Part shown: one piece after another, positions 16,777 through 26,167 of the stretch | How positions within the stretch are numbered: the stretch's first letter is position 1 | Layout of the letters: each line of letters starts with the position of its first letter | Assembly (NCBI GenBank): GCA_964490895.1 | Contig: CAZBEI010000111.1 | Span: 1-58,488, forward strand | Direction of reading: 5' to 3' | DNA length: 58,488 nucleotides | Source: an uncultured Bdellovibrio sp. | GTDB lineage: Bacteria > Bdellovibrionota > UBA1018 | Made by a program: the position numbers and the translations under genes | Notes under the pieces: model-generated | Databases searched by the model: none | The model's input: the letters and a program-made list of their open reading frames with translations, nothing else | What the model was told of the DNA's origin: nothing

Positions 16777-17751
16777 TTAATACTCGTAAGTAAGTCCCAG
16801 GCTATACGTATTGACAGCAAATTTTACGGGGCTTGCAAACGAACTCACTCGAGTGAAATCGAAAGTCAGGTAAGAGTGTTTGACCCCAGCTTCTTCGTAG
16901 AGATCCCAATCTAAACTTGAAGAGAACCAATCGAGTAAAAGATTAATGCCCCCACTCATGTAAACGGCCTTAGAGAAACCCCGTTTATTTTTTCGATCGT
17001 CACTTCGAGATTCCACAAACCCAATGACAGCCCCCTCTACTTGGATATAGGGCCGCAGGATCCTCATCAAATTAAACCGATAATTGAATCCAGCAGCCAA
17101 TGGAAAAATAAAAAACCTAAACCGTGTTTGAGATTCTGCACCAAAGCTTTGGCCTGTTTTATTATTGACTAAAGGTATTTTAAAAATACCGTTTCCTTCG
17201 TTAAAGCTCAGGCCTGTCGAAAAAACAAGGCCGATATTTCCAAACCACTCGCTATGAAAAGGTTGATACTCATAGGAAAAATTGAGATCGGGGGTCCATT
17301 TATTTCCATAGATCTCATTAAAAATCCTGGGGCTAGAATCTGCTGTAATGTTTCTCTGAGCAGAAACTCCAAGTTTAACCGCAATAGCTGCTCTAATTTC
17401 CTGTGGTTTTTTGAATTTTAACTCGGAGTGACCTGATTGTATGTCTGCGATCACACTCCTGGTTTCTAGAGGAGGGAGTTTTAGTTTCTCGCTCTCGATA
17501 AAAGACTTTTCTTCTTTTGATTTTTCTAACTCTTGTTTCATTTTTTGGGTATAGCCTTCGCTAGAAGAGTTTTCGCCAAGTTTTATTTTAATTTCTTTTG
17601 TGTAGTTTTCAGAGGGAGGAGACTCGTCTCTTGCTTCGGAAATTTTCTTTTTAACCTCATCGATATAAGGCTGAGGAGAAGTCCCCTCGGCCCAACTCGG
17701 AAAAGCATAAAACAGCAAAATCAAATATAATTTACTATTTTTTAGTTTCAT
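16777..17751 (-). CDS. Outer-membrane beta-barrel protein with Lys/Glu-rich repeat N-terminus
   Basis: Signal peptide ...FPSWA. About 80 aa of K/E-rich repeats. About 200 aa of alternating-hydrophobic strands ending LGLTYEY. 17-nt overlap with the upstream ORF. Confidence 0.6.
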   Translation of the reverse strand: MKLKNSKLYLILLFYAFPSWAEGTSPQPYIDEVKKKISEARDESPPSENYTKEIKIKLGENSSSEGYTQKMKQELEKSKEEKSFIESEKLKLPPLETRSVIADIQSGHSELKFKKPQEIRAAIAVKLGVSAQRNITADSSPRIFNEIYGNKWTPDLNFSYEYQPFHSEWFGNIGLVFSTGLSFNEGNGIFKIPLVNNKTGQSFGAESQTRFRFFIFPLAAGFNYRFNLMRILRPYIQVEGAVIGFVESRSDDRKNKRGFSKAVYMSGGINLLLDWFSSSLDWDLYEEAGVKHSYLTFDFTRVSSFASPVKFAVNTYSLGLTYEY

Positions 17752-19171
17752 AACAAGTAGGAGAAGGATTCCTTTTTTTAAATAAAGTCAGCAAAAGTCC
17801 TATTTCTAGCAATAAGAGCGTGAGTAAAACTACTGGATTTAAAATCATCCAAGCTAAAAGCTCAAGGGGTGCCAGTAAGAGTAAAACAGGGTAGCGAAAA
17901 TCAGGGTGCTCGACGAGCCAAGTGGCCGCCTTTGGTGAATACTGATAATATTTTTTTACAAAAAATATTCCCCAATCAGTTTGGAGTAAAAATGCATCTC
18001 TAAAATTTTGAAGTAAGTAAATCGGAAAGCTTTCAGCTGTTCTAAAAGCTGCCGTAGCAATAAAACAATTGCTTTTATTTAGAAAACCTTGAACCTCTGT
18101 CGTTCTAACATCCGTGATACTACAAAGAGTACCTGGTGGAACTGGGGGTACACTCAAAAAACTGGACAAAACTCCTGCCGAATCTCTCACCGTAAAAGCT
18201 AACGTATATTTATGAGCATCCCCTGTACTGTCAGAGTTATTAAATCCACTCACATTTTGCTGGCCAGAACCAATACTCAGTCGTGTAACGATGTCATTGC
18301 CCGTTGAAAAATCTACCGTTGTGGCAGTTGGCGCCGCACCTTCTTTTCCCGCAACCACAAGCGTATCAACTGGAGCGTTCCCCGCAGTGGGTGTTGTAGC
18401 AAAAAGGCCTGCATTGAGTACAATTTGACTATCACCTGGAAAATAAACATCTGTTAGCGAAGGACAAACAAAGGGAGAAGCAGCAGCCTGAAAGCTTAAA
18501 GTGAGTGTTGTAGATTCGGCTGTACCTTTGATGTCTGGAGAATCTACAGCTGTTGGCTCTCCCACATTAAAAGTGACAGAAAATCGCGTGGGAGTTCCTG
18601 CAACAGGGGGAGAAACAATGGCCTCTGTACACCCCAGTGCAACAGGTCCTTGGTTTTGATTTTTTGTTCCAAAGCAGATATCCAGTGGATAGATCCCCAC
18701 TCGAAGTGTGCTTTTAGCAATGTAGTTTGCTGCAAAAAAATAACCGAAATTACTAAAATTTGTACTCCCTGTGATTTGACCTCTGCAATTGGCCAATCCA
18801 CAGTTGTTCCCGGCAGCCACTGAGATAGGCACTAGAGGTAAAACCGACAGGCTTGTGGTGACTGCTGTTTTAATATTGAGAATGAGATTAGCCGCAGTGA
18901 GGGTATCTGAGGTCACGTCAAATAATAAGATGTTGGGTCTATTGGCGACAGTGGCATCTGGATCTTGTTTCTGTTTCAAATCAAAATCCGTAAAACCCAC
19001 CGCCGTATCCATTGTATTAGTTTTCGCGGCATAAAATACAGTGCCATTGTTAAGAGTGTAAGGACTCACTGGAACGACTTTTAATGTAGCAAAAGCAGGG
19101 AACGATAAAAAAAATATCGAGACCAGAAGATTAAAACTTTTGAACCAATATTTCGCCAATTTGTACGGCAT
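17735..19171 (-). CDS. Secreted surface protein with C-terminal CFIATAAF (CFI-box-like) membrane-anchor module
   Basis: Signal peptide ...FPAFA. T/S/A/V/G/N-rich, charge-poor ectodomain with paired Cys residues. Then CFIATAAF...LLQNFRDAFLL...FFVKKYYQYSPKAA, followed by a long hydrophobic stretch (about two TM-like segments) and a basic tail. Confidence 0.6.
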   Translation of the reverse strand: MPYKLAKYWFKSFNLLVSIFFLSFPAFATLKVVPVSPYTLNNGTVFYAAKTNTMDTAVGFTDFDLKQKQDPDATVANRPNILLFDVTSDTLTAANLILNIKTAVTTSLSVLPLVPISVAAGNNCGLANCRGQITGSTNFSNFGYFFAANYIAKSTLRVGIYPLDICFGTKNQNQGPVALGCTEAIVSPPVAGTPTRFSVTFNVGEPTAVDSPDIKGTAESTTLTLSFQAAASPFVCPSLTDVYFPGDSQIVLNAGLFATTPTAGNAPVDTLVVAGKEGAAPTATTVDFSTGNDIVTRLSIGSGQQNVSGFNNSDSTGDAHKYTLAFTVRDSAGVLSSFLSVPPVPPGTLCSITDVRTTEVQGFLNKSNCFIATAAFRTAESFPIYLLQNFRDAFLLQTDWGIFFVKKYYQYSPKAATWLVEHPDFRYPVLLLLAPLELLAWMILNPVVLLTLLLLEIGLLLTLFKKRNPSPTCYETKK

Positions 19172-20156
19172 TGAGTGCAGCTCCCTTCCTTAGGTTATCA
19201 GACACAATCCAGAGGTTCAAACCATTCTCGATAGAAAAATCACTACGAATTCTTCCAACATAGACTGGGTCTTTTCCAGTAGACTCTGCTCCCGAGGGGT
19301 AGAGGTTGGACTTTGGGTCATCCCTGAGTTCGATTGTGGGCTGAGAAGCGTAGAGTCCTTTGATTTCTTTTATATCAAAGGGTTTCTCGCACTCCACATT
19401 GACTGACTCGGCGTGACAATTAAGGGTGGGAACTCTTACGGTCGTTGTAGTCATTTTGAGTTCTGGAGTGTTTAGAATTTTTCTGGTTTCGTCAATCGTC
19501 TTATGTTCTTCGCTCGTGTAGCCATCTTCTTTGAAGGACCCAATATGAGGAAGACAATTAAAAGCAATAGGATGAGGAAAAATTTTAGGTTCCAACTCTT
19601 TATTCTCTAAAAATGCCTTCGTTTGGGTTTTGAGCTCGTTCATTGCTAGCAAGCCCGCTCCACTGACGCTTTGATAAGTGGAAAGAACAATTCTCTTAAT
19701 TTTATATTTTTGGTGAATGGGATTTAACGCGACCACTAAAGGAGCAACCGTGCAGTTTGGAGCTGAAATAATTCTCGGTGAGATTGGATTTTTCAGCAAA
19801 TACCCATTGACCTCTGGAACAATAAGAGGAGTATCTTTGTCCAAGCGAAAAGCAGCTGAGCTATCTACTACTAAGCAGCCTTCTTGTACGGCTTTTGGCA
19901 CCCAAGCCTTTGAAACAGCATCTGAGGCATCGAAAAAAGCCAAATCAATATTTCTAAAACAACCTGGTTTTAGTGTGTGGCAAAAAAAAGACTGCCCTAA
20001 ATAAAGAATTTTTTTCCCTTCTGATCTTTCTGAGGCAAAGGGGACTATTTCTCCAACAGGAAATTTTCTTTCTGCCAAAATGCTCAGAATAACTTTTCCA
20101 ACCGCCCCAGTTGCGCCCACAACAGCAACCCTGAGCATGGATTTTTTTATGCTCAT
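19131..20156 (-). CDS. asd: Aspartate-semialdehyde dehydrogenase
   Basis: VAVVGATGAVG Rossmann motif and active-site SAPNCT. 341 aa. Confidence 0.95.
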   Translation of the reverse strand: MSIKKSMLRVAVVGATGAVGKVILSILAERKFPVGEIVPFASERSEGKKILYLGQSFFCHTLKPGCFRNIDLAFFDASDAVSKAWVPKAVQEGCLVVDSSAAFRLDKDTPLIVPEVNGYLLKNPISPRIISAPNCTVAPLVVALNPIHQKYKIKRIVLSTYQSVSGAGLLAMNELKTQTKAFLENKELEPKIFPHPIAFNCLPHIGSFKEDGYTSEEHKTIDETRKILNTPELKMTTTTVRVPTLNCHAESVNVECEKPFDIKEIKGLYASQPTIELRDDPKSNLYPSGAESTGKDPVYVGRIRSDFSIENGLNLWIVSDNLRKGAALNAVQIGEILVQKF

Positions 20157-20902
20157 AAGTGTTTTTCGGGTGTGTGTGGGTTGAGAGATTTCTCTTTCTG
20201 AAATAATATTCGAAACATATTAAGGAACAAACTTACAAAAATATAAACTGCTGCAAAGAGGAAAAGGGTGACCTCAGGTTTTACTGCAATCAAAATCATC
20301 ATTAAAACACCAATGAGCAGGTAACCAAAACTTGCCCGCGAACGCCAGTTGAGTTCTTTGAGAGATGGAAACCTGATTTGGCTGACCATGAGGCTAGAAA
20401 GACCAAGCGCAAAAATAAGCGCAATGGTTTCGTTTGCAAAAGTAGCGCCTTGTAATTCTGCGCTTTGTAAAAATAAAAGATAAGTCGCAATGGTTCCTGC
20501 GGCAGCCGGGGTGGGCAGGCCCTGGAAGTAGTTTTTAGGGATAATGGCAGTATTGATATTAAAGCGGGCCAGTCTAAGAGCAGCACAGGCGAGAAATAAA
20601 AATGAAGCTAAAATCCCCAATCTGCCATACGGCTCCAGTTCCCACCGATAAAGCAAAACCGCAGGAGCCATCCCAAAAGAAATCAAATCAGAAAGGCTGT
20701 CATATTCAATCCCAAAAAGACTTGTGGCCTTTGCAAGCCTGGCCACTCGGCCATCGAGCATGTCAAACACAGCAGCAGCAACAATGGCCCAAGCTGCAGC
20801 GGTAAAATTGAGTTGGATAGAAGCAATGACGGAGTAAAAGCCACAAAACATATTGGCTGTGGTTACAAAGTTGGGGATAATGTAGATTTTTCTTATGGCC
20901 AT
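20153..20902 (-). CDS. pssA: CDP-diacylglycerol--serine O-phosphatidyltransferase
   Basis: CDP-alcohol transferase motif DMLDGRVARLAKATSLFGIEYDSLSD. Adjacent to psd. Confidence 0.9.
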   Translation of the reverse strand: MAIRKIYIIPNFVTTANMFCGFYSVIASIQLNFTAAAWAIVAAAVFDMLDGRVARLAKATSLFGIEYDSLSDLISFGMAPAVLLYRWELEPYGRLGILASFLFLACAALRLARFNINTAIIPKNYFQGLPTPAAAGTIATYLLFLQSAELQGATFANETIALIFALGLSSLMVSQIRFPSLKELNWRSRASFGYLLIGVLMMILIAVKPEVTLFLFAAVYIFVSLFLNMFRILFQKEKSLNPHTPEKHL

Positions 20903-20930
20903 AGTGAAAAACTTTACTCTATGTGCACCA

Positions 20931-21623
20931 TTAAGGCAACGTCCCGATTTGAGTGTGACCGGCGAGGATTTTGTCTCCTGATTTTACTAAAATCCGGGAC
21001 CCCTCGGGTAGAAAAAGCTCCATTCTTGAGCCAAAACGGATCATTCCATAGCGCTCGCCAACATGCAACTTCTGTCCTGGTTTGACATGACAGACAATTC
21101 TGCGTGCAATAAAACCAGCAATCTGTAAAAATGCGACTCTCTGTTTTTTTTCTGTCTGGATACTGACCCAATTTCTTTCGTTTTCTGTGGATGCTTTGTC
21201 TAAGTTGGCGGCAAAAAATTTTCCGGGTACATAGTCCACTTTTTCTACCGTGCCTGAGACTGGTGCGCGATTGACATGGACATTGAGGGGAGACATAAAA
21301 ATACTTATTTTCTGGGCGGATGCGCCATAGCGGGAGTCCGTCACCTTTTCTACTTTAAGCACTGTTCCATCGGCAGCACTGATCACAGCGTTTGGATCTT
21401 GCGTTTCTGGAGTGCGCTCGGGGTCTCTAAAAAACCAAAGAGAAAATAAAATGAGCGCAAAACTAATGGCACTCAAAAGGGCTGAGGTCATCTTCAAAAG
21501 AGAATCGGGCTCAAGCAAAAAAGCACTTCCCAAAAAAAGGAGCCAAGTTAAAAAAAATGTTCCAATGATGGGCCAACCTTCGAGAGCAATCAGGGGACAG
21601 ATTGATTTTAAGAAATGCGACAT
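20931..21623 (-). CDS. psd: Phosphatidylserine decarboxylase proenzyme (short form)
   Basis: Two N-terminal TM segments. C-terminal IRFGSRMELF with a G-S self-cleavage site. Start moved to ATG 21623 (MSHFLKS...). Confidence 0.85.
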   Translation of the reverse strand: MSHFLKSICPLIALEGWPIIGTFFLTWLLFLGSAFLLEPDSLLKMTSALLSAISFALILFSLWFFRDPERTPETQDPNAVISAADGTVLKVEKVTDSRYGASAQKISIFMSPLNVHVNRAPVSGTVEKVDYVPGKFFAANLDKASTENERNWVSIQTEKKQRVAFLQIAGFIARRIVCHVKPGQKLHVGERYGMIRFGSRMELFLPEGSRILVKSGDKILAGHTQIGTLP

Positions 21624-22396
21624 AGAGTTTGTTTTTCCTTTAACTTGAGTTCTGCACTTGAGGCACGCAAATAGCGAGGGAAAAGAGTTAACGCATTTTG
21701 AATCTTGCCTCCCTTGTAGGCCTCCCAAACCAATGCACCCAAATACCTTCCCTGAATATTCTGAAAATAATCCCTATAAAGTGAAGGAAACTTAATCTCG
21801 AGGGAGGAGGGTAACTCTTTCCAAAAATCTAAATAGCGCTTTCTGCCTTCACCCACCGCAAGCCACTTTCTTTTTTTGCTTAATTTTTTCTTTATAGCTT
21901 TTATTAAGTCAGAAGGAGATAAAACTTGTTCTGAGATAGGGACATCACTTAAAATCTCAGCAGGTTTTCCATACAGTGCAAAAAGTTCTCCCTTGCATGC
22001 ATCAGAGCTAGCTATTAAAACCGCGTCTTGTTTTAATGTTTGAAGCCAAAGAGCCACTGGGCGAGCAAGCGCAGACAGACTAGAAACACCGACAAGAGGC
22101 TTATTGAGAGAGTGAGCTAATGTCCTAGCCGTAGTGATCCCAATTCTAAGTCCTGTAAAACTCCCGGGGCCCACTCCCACCCCAAAAAAATCAAGCTCTT
22201 CGAGTGCAAGGCGAGACGCTTTCAAAATCCCATCAATGGCCCAGAGGAGTCGCTCCGAATGCGTCGAAGTTTCTACATTTACAATCCATTCGGCTAGGAG
22301 GGTGAGCGTACCCGCAGCAGTGTCTGCCTCGAACGTCGCAAGCGCTGCAGTTTTAGAGGACGTATCCCAAACTAAAAACTTTATGCTCGCCATCAT
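21608..22396 (-). CDS. tsaB: tRNA t6A biosynthesis protein TsaB (YeaZ)
   Basis: Motifs WDTSS and GVGPGSFTGLRIG. Confidence 0.85.
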   Translation of the reverse strand: MMASIKFLVWDTSSKTAALATFEADTAAGTLTLLAEWIVNVETSTHSERLLWAIDGILKASRLALEELDFFGVGVGPGSFTGLRIGITTARTLAHSLNKPLVGVSSLSALARPVALWLQTLKQDAVLIASSDACKGELFALYGKPAEILSDVPISEQVLSPSDLIKAIKKKLSKKRKWLAVGEGRKRYLDFWKELPSSLEIKFPSLYRDYFQNIQGRYLGALVWEAYKGGKIQNALTLFPRYLRASSAELKLKEKQTLCRIS

Positions 22397-22398
22397 AC

Positions 22399-24036
22399 TT
22401 AATCAAAAAAAGGAAGCCGGGCCAGATCATTGCGGATGACAACTACCATCAGGAGTAAAATAAGAGATAGTCCCACCTGCTGAATGATTTCTGTCTGGCG
22501 AATCGAGAGGGGTCGACCGCGAACGGCCTCAATTCCAAGTAAGAGTAAGTGTCCCCCATCTAAAACTGGAATAGGGAGCACATTCAATATCCCAAGTCCT
22601 ACCGACAAAATAGCCATGGTTGTTAAGAAAGCAATCAGTCCTCGCGCTAAAGACTCTCCTGCGATTTTTCCAATCAGGATGGGTCCCCCCAAGGTCGTAA
22701 CCGAAACATCTCCAGTTATCATTTTTCGAATGGATACGATATTTCTCCATGAAAAAACAACCGTTCTCTCGGTGGCTTTATAGAGAAGCATAAAAGGATT
22801 GAGCACTCGTTCCGTGATCGTGGAGGGTTCTGCCCAAAAAAGCATCGGCATCACTCCAATGGTGTATTGAGTGGTCTTTCTAAGCAGTACATCTCTCGCA
22901 TTTGTAGCCGTAGGGGTTATCGCGGCTGACTTCAATTGCCCAGCGTGTTCCCATTCTACAATGACTTTTCCATCTTTTTCGCCTGACCGCTGGACTGCAT
23001 TTTTTAAATCAAAAAAACTATAGACCTCATTTTCCCCTACTTTAAGAAGGTGATCTCCTGCCAAAATACCCGTTTGCTCTGCTGGGGATTTAGGAATCGT
23101 TTTTTCGACAAAAAGTTCGGAAGAATAAAGCCCCAAATCTTTTTCAATTCCAAGCGAAACAAGAGATTTTTTTAAACTTATTTCTTTGGATGCCCCATTT
23201 GGAGTCCCACCTTTTTGAGGTTGAATTTTTAATACAAATTGAGCCCCTGAGTTGATTTTTTGATAAGTGTCTTCGACTTCTTCCCAGGTCAAAACAGGGG
23301 TGCCTGCAACCAAAATTATTTTGTCTCCAGTTTTGATCCCAGCCATTGCTGCTAAGGAGTGGGGATTTGAGATTCCAGCTTGCGTAGCACGCGCAGAAGG
23401 AAGCATGCCCTGGATTTCGCCTACATCGGTGGCCTCACCATACACACTAAAGCCCTTTTGAGGGGCGGGAGTTACTAAAAGATTGAGGTAGAGCTCTTTT
23501 CTTTTTATTTTTAAATCGAGCGGTTTATTGGGACTCTCATTCACCGCTAATAAAATATCTTCGTACTTTTTAACGCTATGTCCATTGATTTCTACTATCC
23601 GGTCCCCACTTTTAAAACCCACCTTTTCGGCATAAGAGTTTTTGACAACTCGCCCTACCACACTTGCAATTTGGGGTTCTCCCAAAACGAGGATTGCCAT
23701 AAAAACAAGAATCGCAAATAAAAAATTAAAGAGAGGTCCACCAAAGAAAATAAAAAATCTCTTCCAGGGGACTTGTCTACCCAGAGCACGCTTTTGGTCT
23801 TCTATGGAGAGCTCTACAGTGGGATCTTCGCCTAAGAGTTTGACATACCCTCCCAGTGGAATAACAGAGACTCTCCACTCAGTTTCACCCCATTTTTTCT
23901 TGAATAGACTGGGGCCAAAACCAATCGAAAAAACTTCTGCTTTGACATTAAAGATTTTGGCGAACAAAAAATGCCCAAACTCATGCACAATGACCAAGGG
24001 ACATAAAATCGCTAAAAAACCTAAAAGGGATAACAT
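22399..24036 (-). CDS. rseP: RIP zinc metalloprotease RseP (site-2 protease with PDZ domains)
   Basis: HEFGHF in TM1, PDZ repeats, and a C-terminal NVLPIPVLDGGH motif. Confidence 0.9.
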   Translation of the reverse strand: MLSLLGFLAILCPLVIVHEFGHFLFAKIFNVKAEVFSIGFGPSLFKKKWGETEWRVSVIPLGGYVKLLGEDPTVELSIEDQKRALGRQVPWKRFFIFFGGPLFNFLFAILVFMAILVLGEPQIASVVGRVVKNSYAEKVGFKSGDRIVEINGHSVKKYEDILLAVNESPNKPLDLKIKRKELYLNLLVTPAPQKGFSVYGEATDVGEIQGMLPSARATQAGISNPHSLAAMAGIKTGDKIILVAGTPVLTWEEVEDTYQKINSGAQFVLKIQPQKGGTPNGASKEISLKKSLVSLGIEKDLGLYSSELFVEKTIPKSPAEQTGILAGDHLLKVGENEVYSFFDLKNAVQRSGEKDGKVIVEWEHAGQLKSAAITPTATNARDVLLRKTTQYTIGVMPMLFWAEPSTITERVLNPFMLLYKATERTVVFSWRNIVSIRKMITGDVSVTTLGGPILIGKIAGESLARGLIAFLTTMAILSVGLGILNVLPIPVLDGGHLLLLGIEAVRGRPLSIRQTEIIQQVGLSLILLLMVVVIRNDLARLPFFD

Positions 24037-24046
24037 AGGGGCTCTC

Positions 24047-24877
24047 CTATCCTAAAAGTCTGATACAAGCATACATCAAAGGTAAACTAAAAACGATACC
24101 ATCAAATCGGTCCAAAAAACCTCCGTGCCCAGGCAAGATATCTCCAGAGTCTTTTTTTTGATAAGCTCTTTTTAAAAAACTTTCGCACAGATCTCCAATT
24201 TGAGCCATGGTGCCAACTCCTAGCGGGATCAAAACCACCGCAACCCAGGCCAAGGAGTGAAAAAACAAGAATTTGAAGAGTAAGGTAAAGAAAAGACCGA
24301 AACCTAAACCTCCCCAGGCACCTTCGACTGTTTTCTTTGGACTAATTTTAAAGTAGAGTCTTTTTTTGCCATACTTTTTCCCTACAAAGTAACTTGCGCT
24401 GTCCATGACCCAGTTGAGGAGAAAGAAAAACATAATCCACTCTCTTCCATTTTTGGAATCTCGGATGAGCACTAAGTAAAGAGGCAAAAATACAAGGTAG
24501 ACACCTCCAAAAAGAGAAAACATGAGTTCCTGAAAATGTATTTTTAAAGCTGTTTCGTCCTCATTCTCGTCAGCCGTAAACAAAAAATAACCAAAGAGCA
24601 CAAAGAAATAAAATAAAAATAAGATGTATTCAATTCTCGGAATCCAAAAATTAGTAAAGCCAATCAGCCATAATAGTCCAAAGAGAAGAATTTTTTTATG
24701 CTTTTTATCCGGAAGTGAAAAAGTAATATCAATAAATTCGTTAAGCATCCCGAGCGAGAGGACAAAGCCTAAAATGGCGGCCCCTATTTTTCCTCCAAAG
24801 AGTAAGACGCTCAAAAGAATCGCACCCCCAATAACGCCGGTGGTCACTCTTTTTTTAAGCTCCGAGGGGTTGCTCAT
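24047..24877 (-). CDS. cdsA: Phosphatidate cytidylyltransferase
   Basis: Motifs SYFVGKKYGKKRL, ISPKKTVEG and GDLCESFLKR...PGHGGFLDRFD. Confidence 0.9.
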   Translation of the reverse strand: MSNPSELKKRVTTGVIGGAILLSVLLFGGKIGAAILGFVLSLGMLNEFIDITFSLPDKKHKKILLFGLLWLIGFTNFWIPRIEYILFLFYFFVLFGYFLFTADENEDETALKIHFQELMFSLFGGVYLVFLPLYLVLIRDSKNGREWIMFFFLLNWVMDSASYFVGKKYGKKRLYFKISPKKTVEGAWGGLGFGLFFTLLFKFLFFHSLAWVAVVLIPLGVGTMAQIGDLCESFLKRAYQKKDSGDILPGHGGFLDRFDGIVFSLPLMYACIRLLG

Positions 24878-25601
24878 ACATTGAACCTCTTACTTTACCA
24901 TAACGTCTTTCTCTATGCGAATAATCCTCAAGTGCCTTTCTCAAATGCTCTGGAGTAAAATCTGGCCAATTCACATCAGTAAAAACATATTCGGCATAGG
25001 CGGATTGCCAGAGCAAGAAATTGCTCACCCGTTTTTCTCCACTGGTACGAATCACCAAATCCACATCGGCCAGTTCTTTGAGAGGAGCCGTCCATAAGTA
25101 ATCCCGCATGAGATTTTCATCCATGGCTTCGGGTTTGTAAATTCCAGCAAGGCAGTCTTTTGCAAAACGCCGAGTCGCATCCGAGAGTTCTCTGCGTGAA
25201 CCATACGAAATCGCCAAATTAAATTGGAGTCCCGTATTTTTTGACAAGGCGGTGATCATTGGATCTAGCACAGCTCGGATCGAAGGATCCAACCTGTCTA
25301 TCTCACCTAGAATCCGCATTTTGATATTTTTACGCTCAAGCTCTTGAAATTCTTTGACGAAATATTTTTTTAATAATTTCCAAAGGACACTGAGCTCACT
25401 CTTTGGCCTCAGCCAGTTTTCTGTAGAAAAAGCATAAAGCGTCAGGGCCTTTATGCCAAGATTGTCTGCTTCGCGCACAATGGGTTTGACTCGAGAGGAT
25501 CCCCGGATATGCCCAAAAATACGAGGGTAGCCTCGCGCGGTCGCCCAGCGGCCATTTCCATCCATAATAATGGCAATGTGTTTGGGTAGGGTTTGGATCA
25601 A
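24855..25601 (-). CDS. uppS: Ditrans,polycis-undecaprenyl-diphosphate synthase
   Basis: Motifs IIMDGNGRWA and FSTENW, with the ERRYG C-terminal motif. Confidence 0.95.
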   Translation of the reverse strand: MIQTLPKHIAIIMDGNGRWATARGYPRIFGHIRGSSRVKPIVREADNLGIKALTLYAFSTENWLRPKSELSVLWKLLKKYFVKEFQELERKNIKMRILGEIDRLDPSIRAVLDPMITALSKNTGLQFNLAISYGSRRELSDATRRFAKDCLAGIYKPEAMDENLMRDYLWTAPLKELADVDLVIRTSGEKRVSNFLLWQSAYAEYVFTDVNWPDFTPEHLRKALEDYSHRERRYGKVRGSMYEQPLGA

Positions 25602-26149
25602 ACGGTGAGAATCTCCTTTTCTTTAAGTACAATGACTTTGTCTACCTCTTGAGATTTTTCGTCTGTTTTCTTTTGAATCTGATCCATTGTCTTTTTAGTT
25701 TCGTCTTCGGAAATCGTTTTTGATTTCGCTCTTATTTCTTCGTTGGCATCTCGGCGGTGGTTTCTCAAGGCAACCTTTGACTCTTCGCCTATTTTTTTGA
25801 CAAGTTTAACCAGTTCTTTTCGTCTCTCCTCAGTCATCTGTGGGAGTGGGACACGAATGATCTTGCCGTCATTTTGAGGGGTTAACCCAATATTCGCAGC
25901 CAAGATCGCTTTCTCGATAGCACCGATCATGCCAGCTTCCCATGGTGAAATTTGAATTGTACGAGCATCTGGAGTCGTGACATTGGCCACCTGATTCACA
26001 GGCATAGGAGAACCGTAATAATCCACCTTGACTGGATCTAAAAGTGCAGTCGAGGCTCTTCCTGTTCTTACTTTTGCAAGTTCTGCCTTGAGAGATTGCA
26101 GGCTTTTATCCATATTTTGAACCATTGCTTGAATGACTTCTTGAGACAT
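25598..26149 (-). CDS. frr: Ribosome recycling factor
   Basis: Motifs KVRTGRAS and LPQMTEERRKELVK. Start moved to ATG 26149, preceded by GGAGGA. Confidence 0.95.
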   Translation of the reverse strand: MSQEVIQAMVQNMDKSLQSLKAELAKVRTGRASTALLDPVKVDYYGSPMPVNQVANVTTPDARTIQISPWEAGMIGAIEKAILAANIGLTPQNDGKIIRVPLPQMTEERRKELVKLVKKIGEESKVALRNHRRDANEEIRAKSKTISEDETKKTMDQIQKKTDEKSQEVDKVIVLKEKEILTV

Positions 26150-26167
26150 TTGAGTTCCTCCCATCTG

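Noticed and set aside
16773-16820. Longer truA start (MLSIRIAWDLLTSINS...)
   Set aside because: The extension overlaps the upstream OMP gene. The conserved TruA N-terminus begins at MQRYAFRLSY, with the ATG 4 nt after the upstream stop.
23642-24055. 137-aa plus-strand ORF
   Set aside because: Antisense shadow of rseP, whose HEFGHF and PDZ motifs clearly define the real frame.
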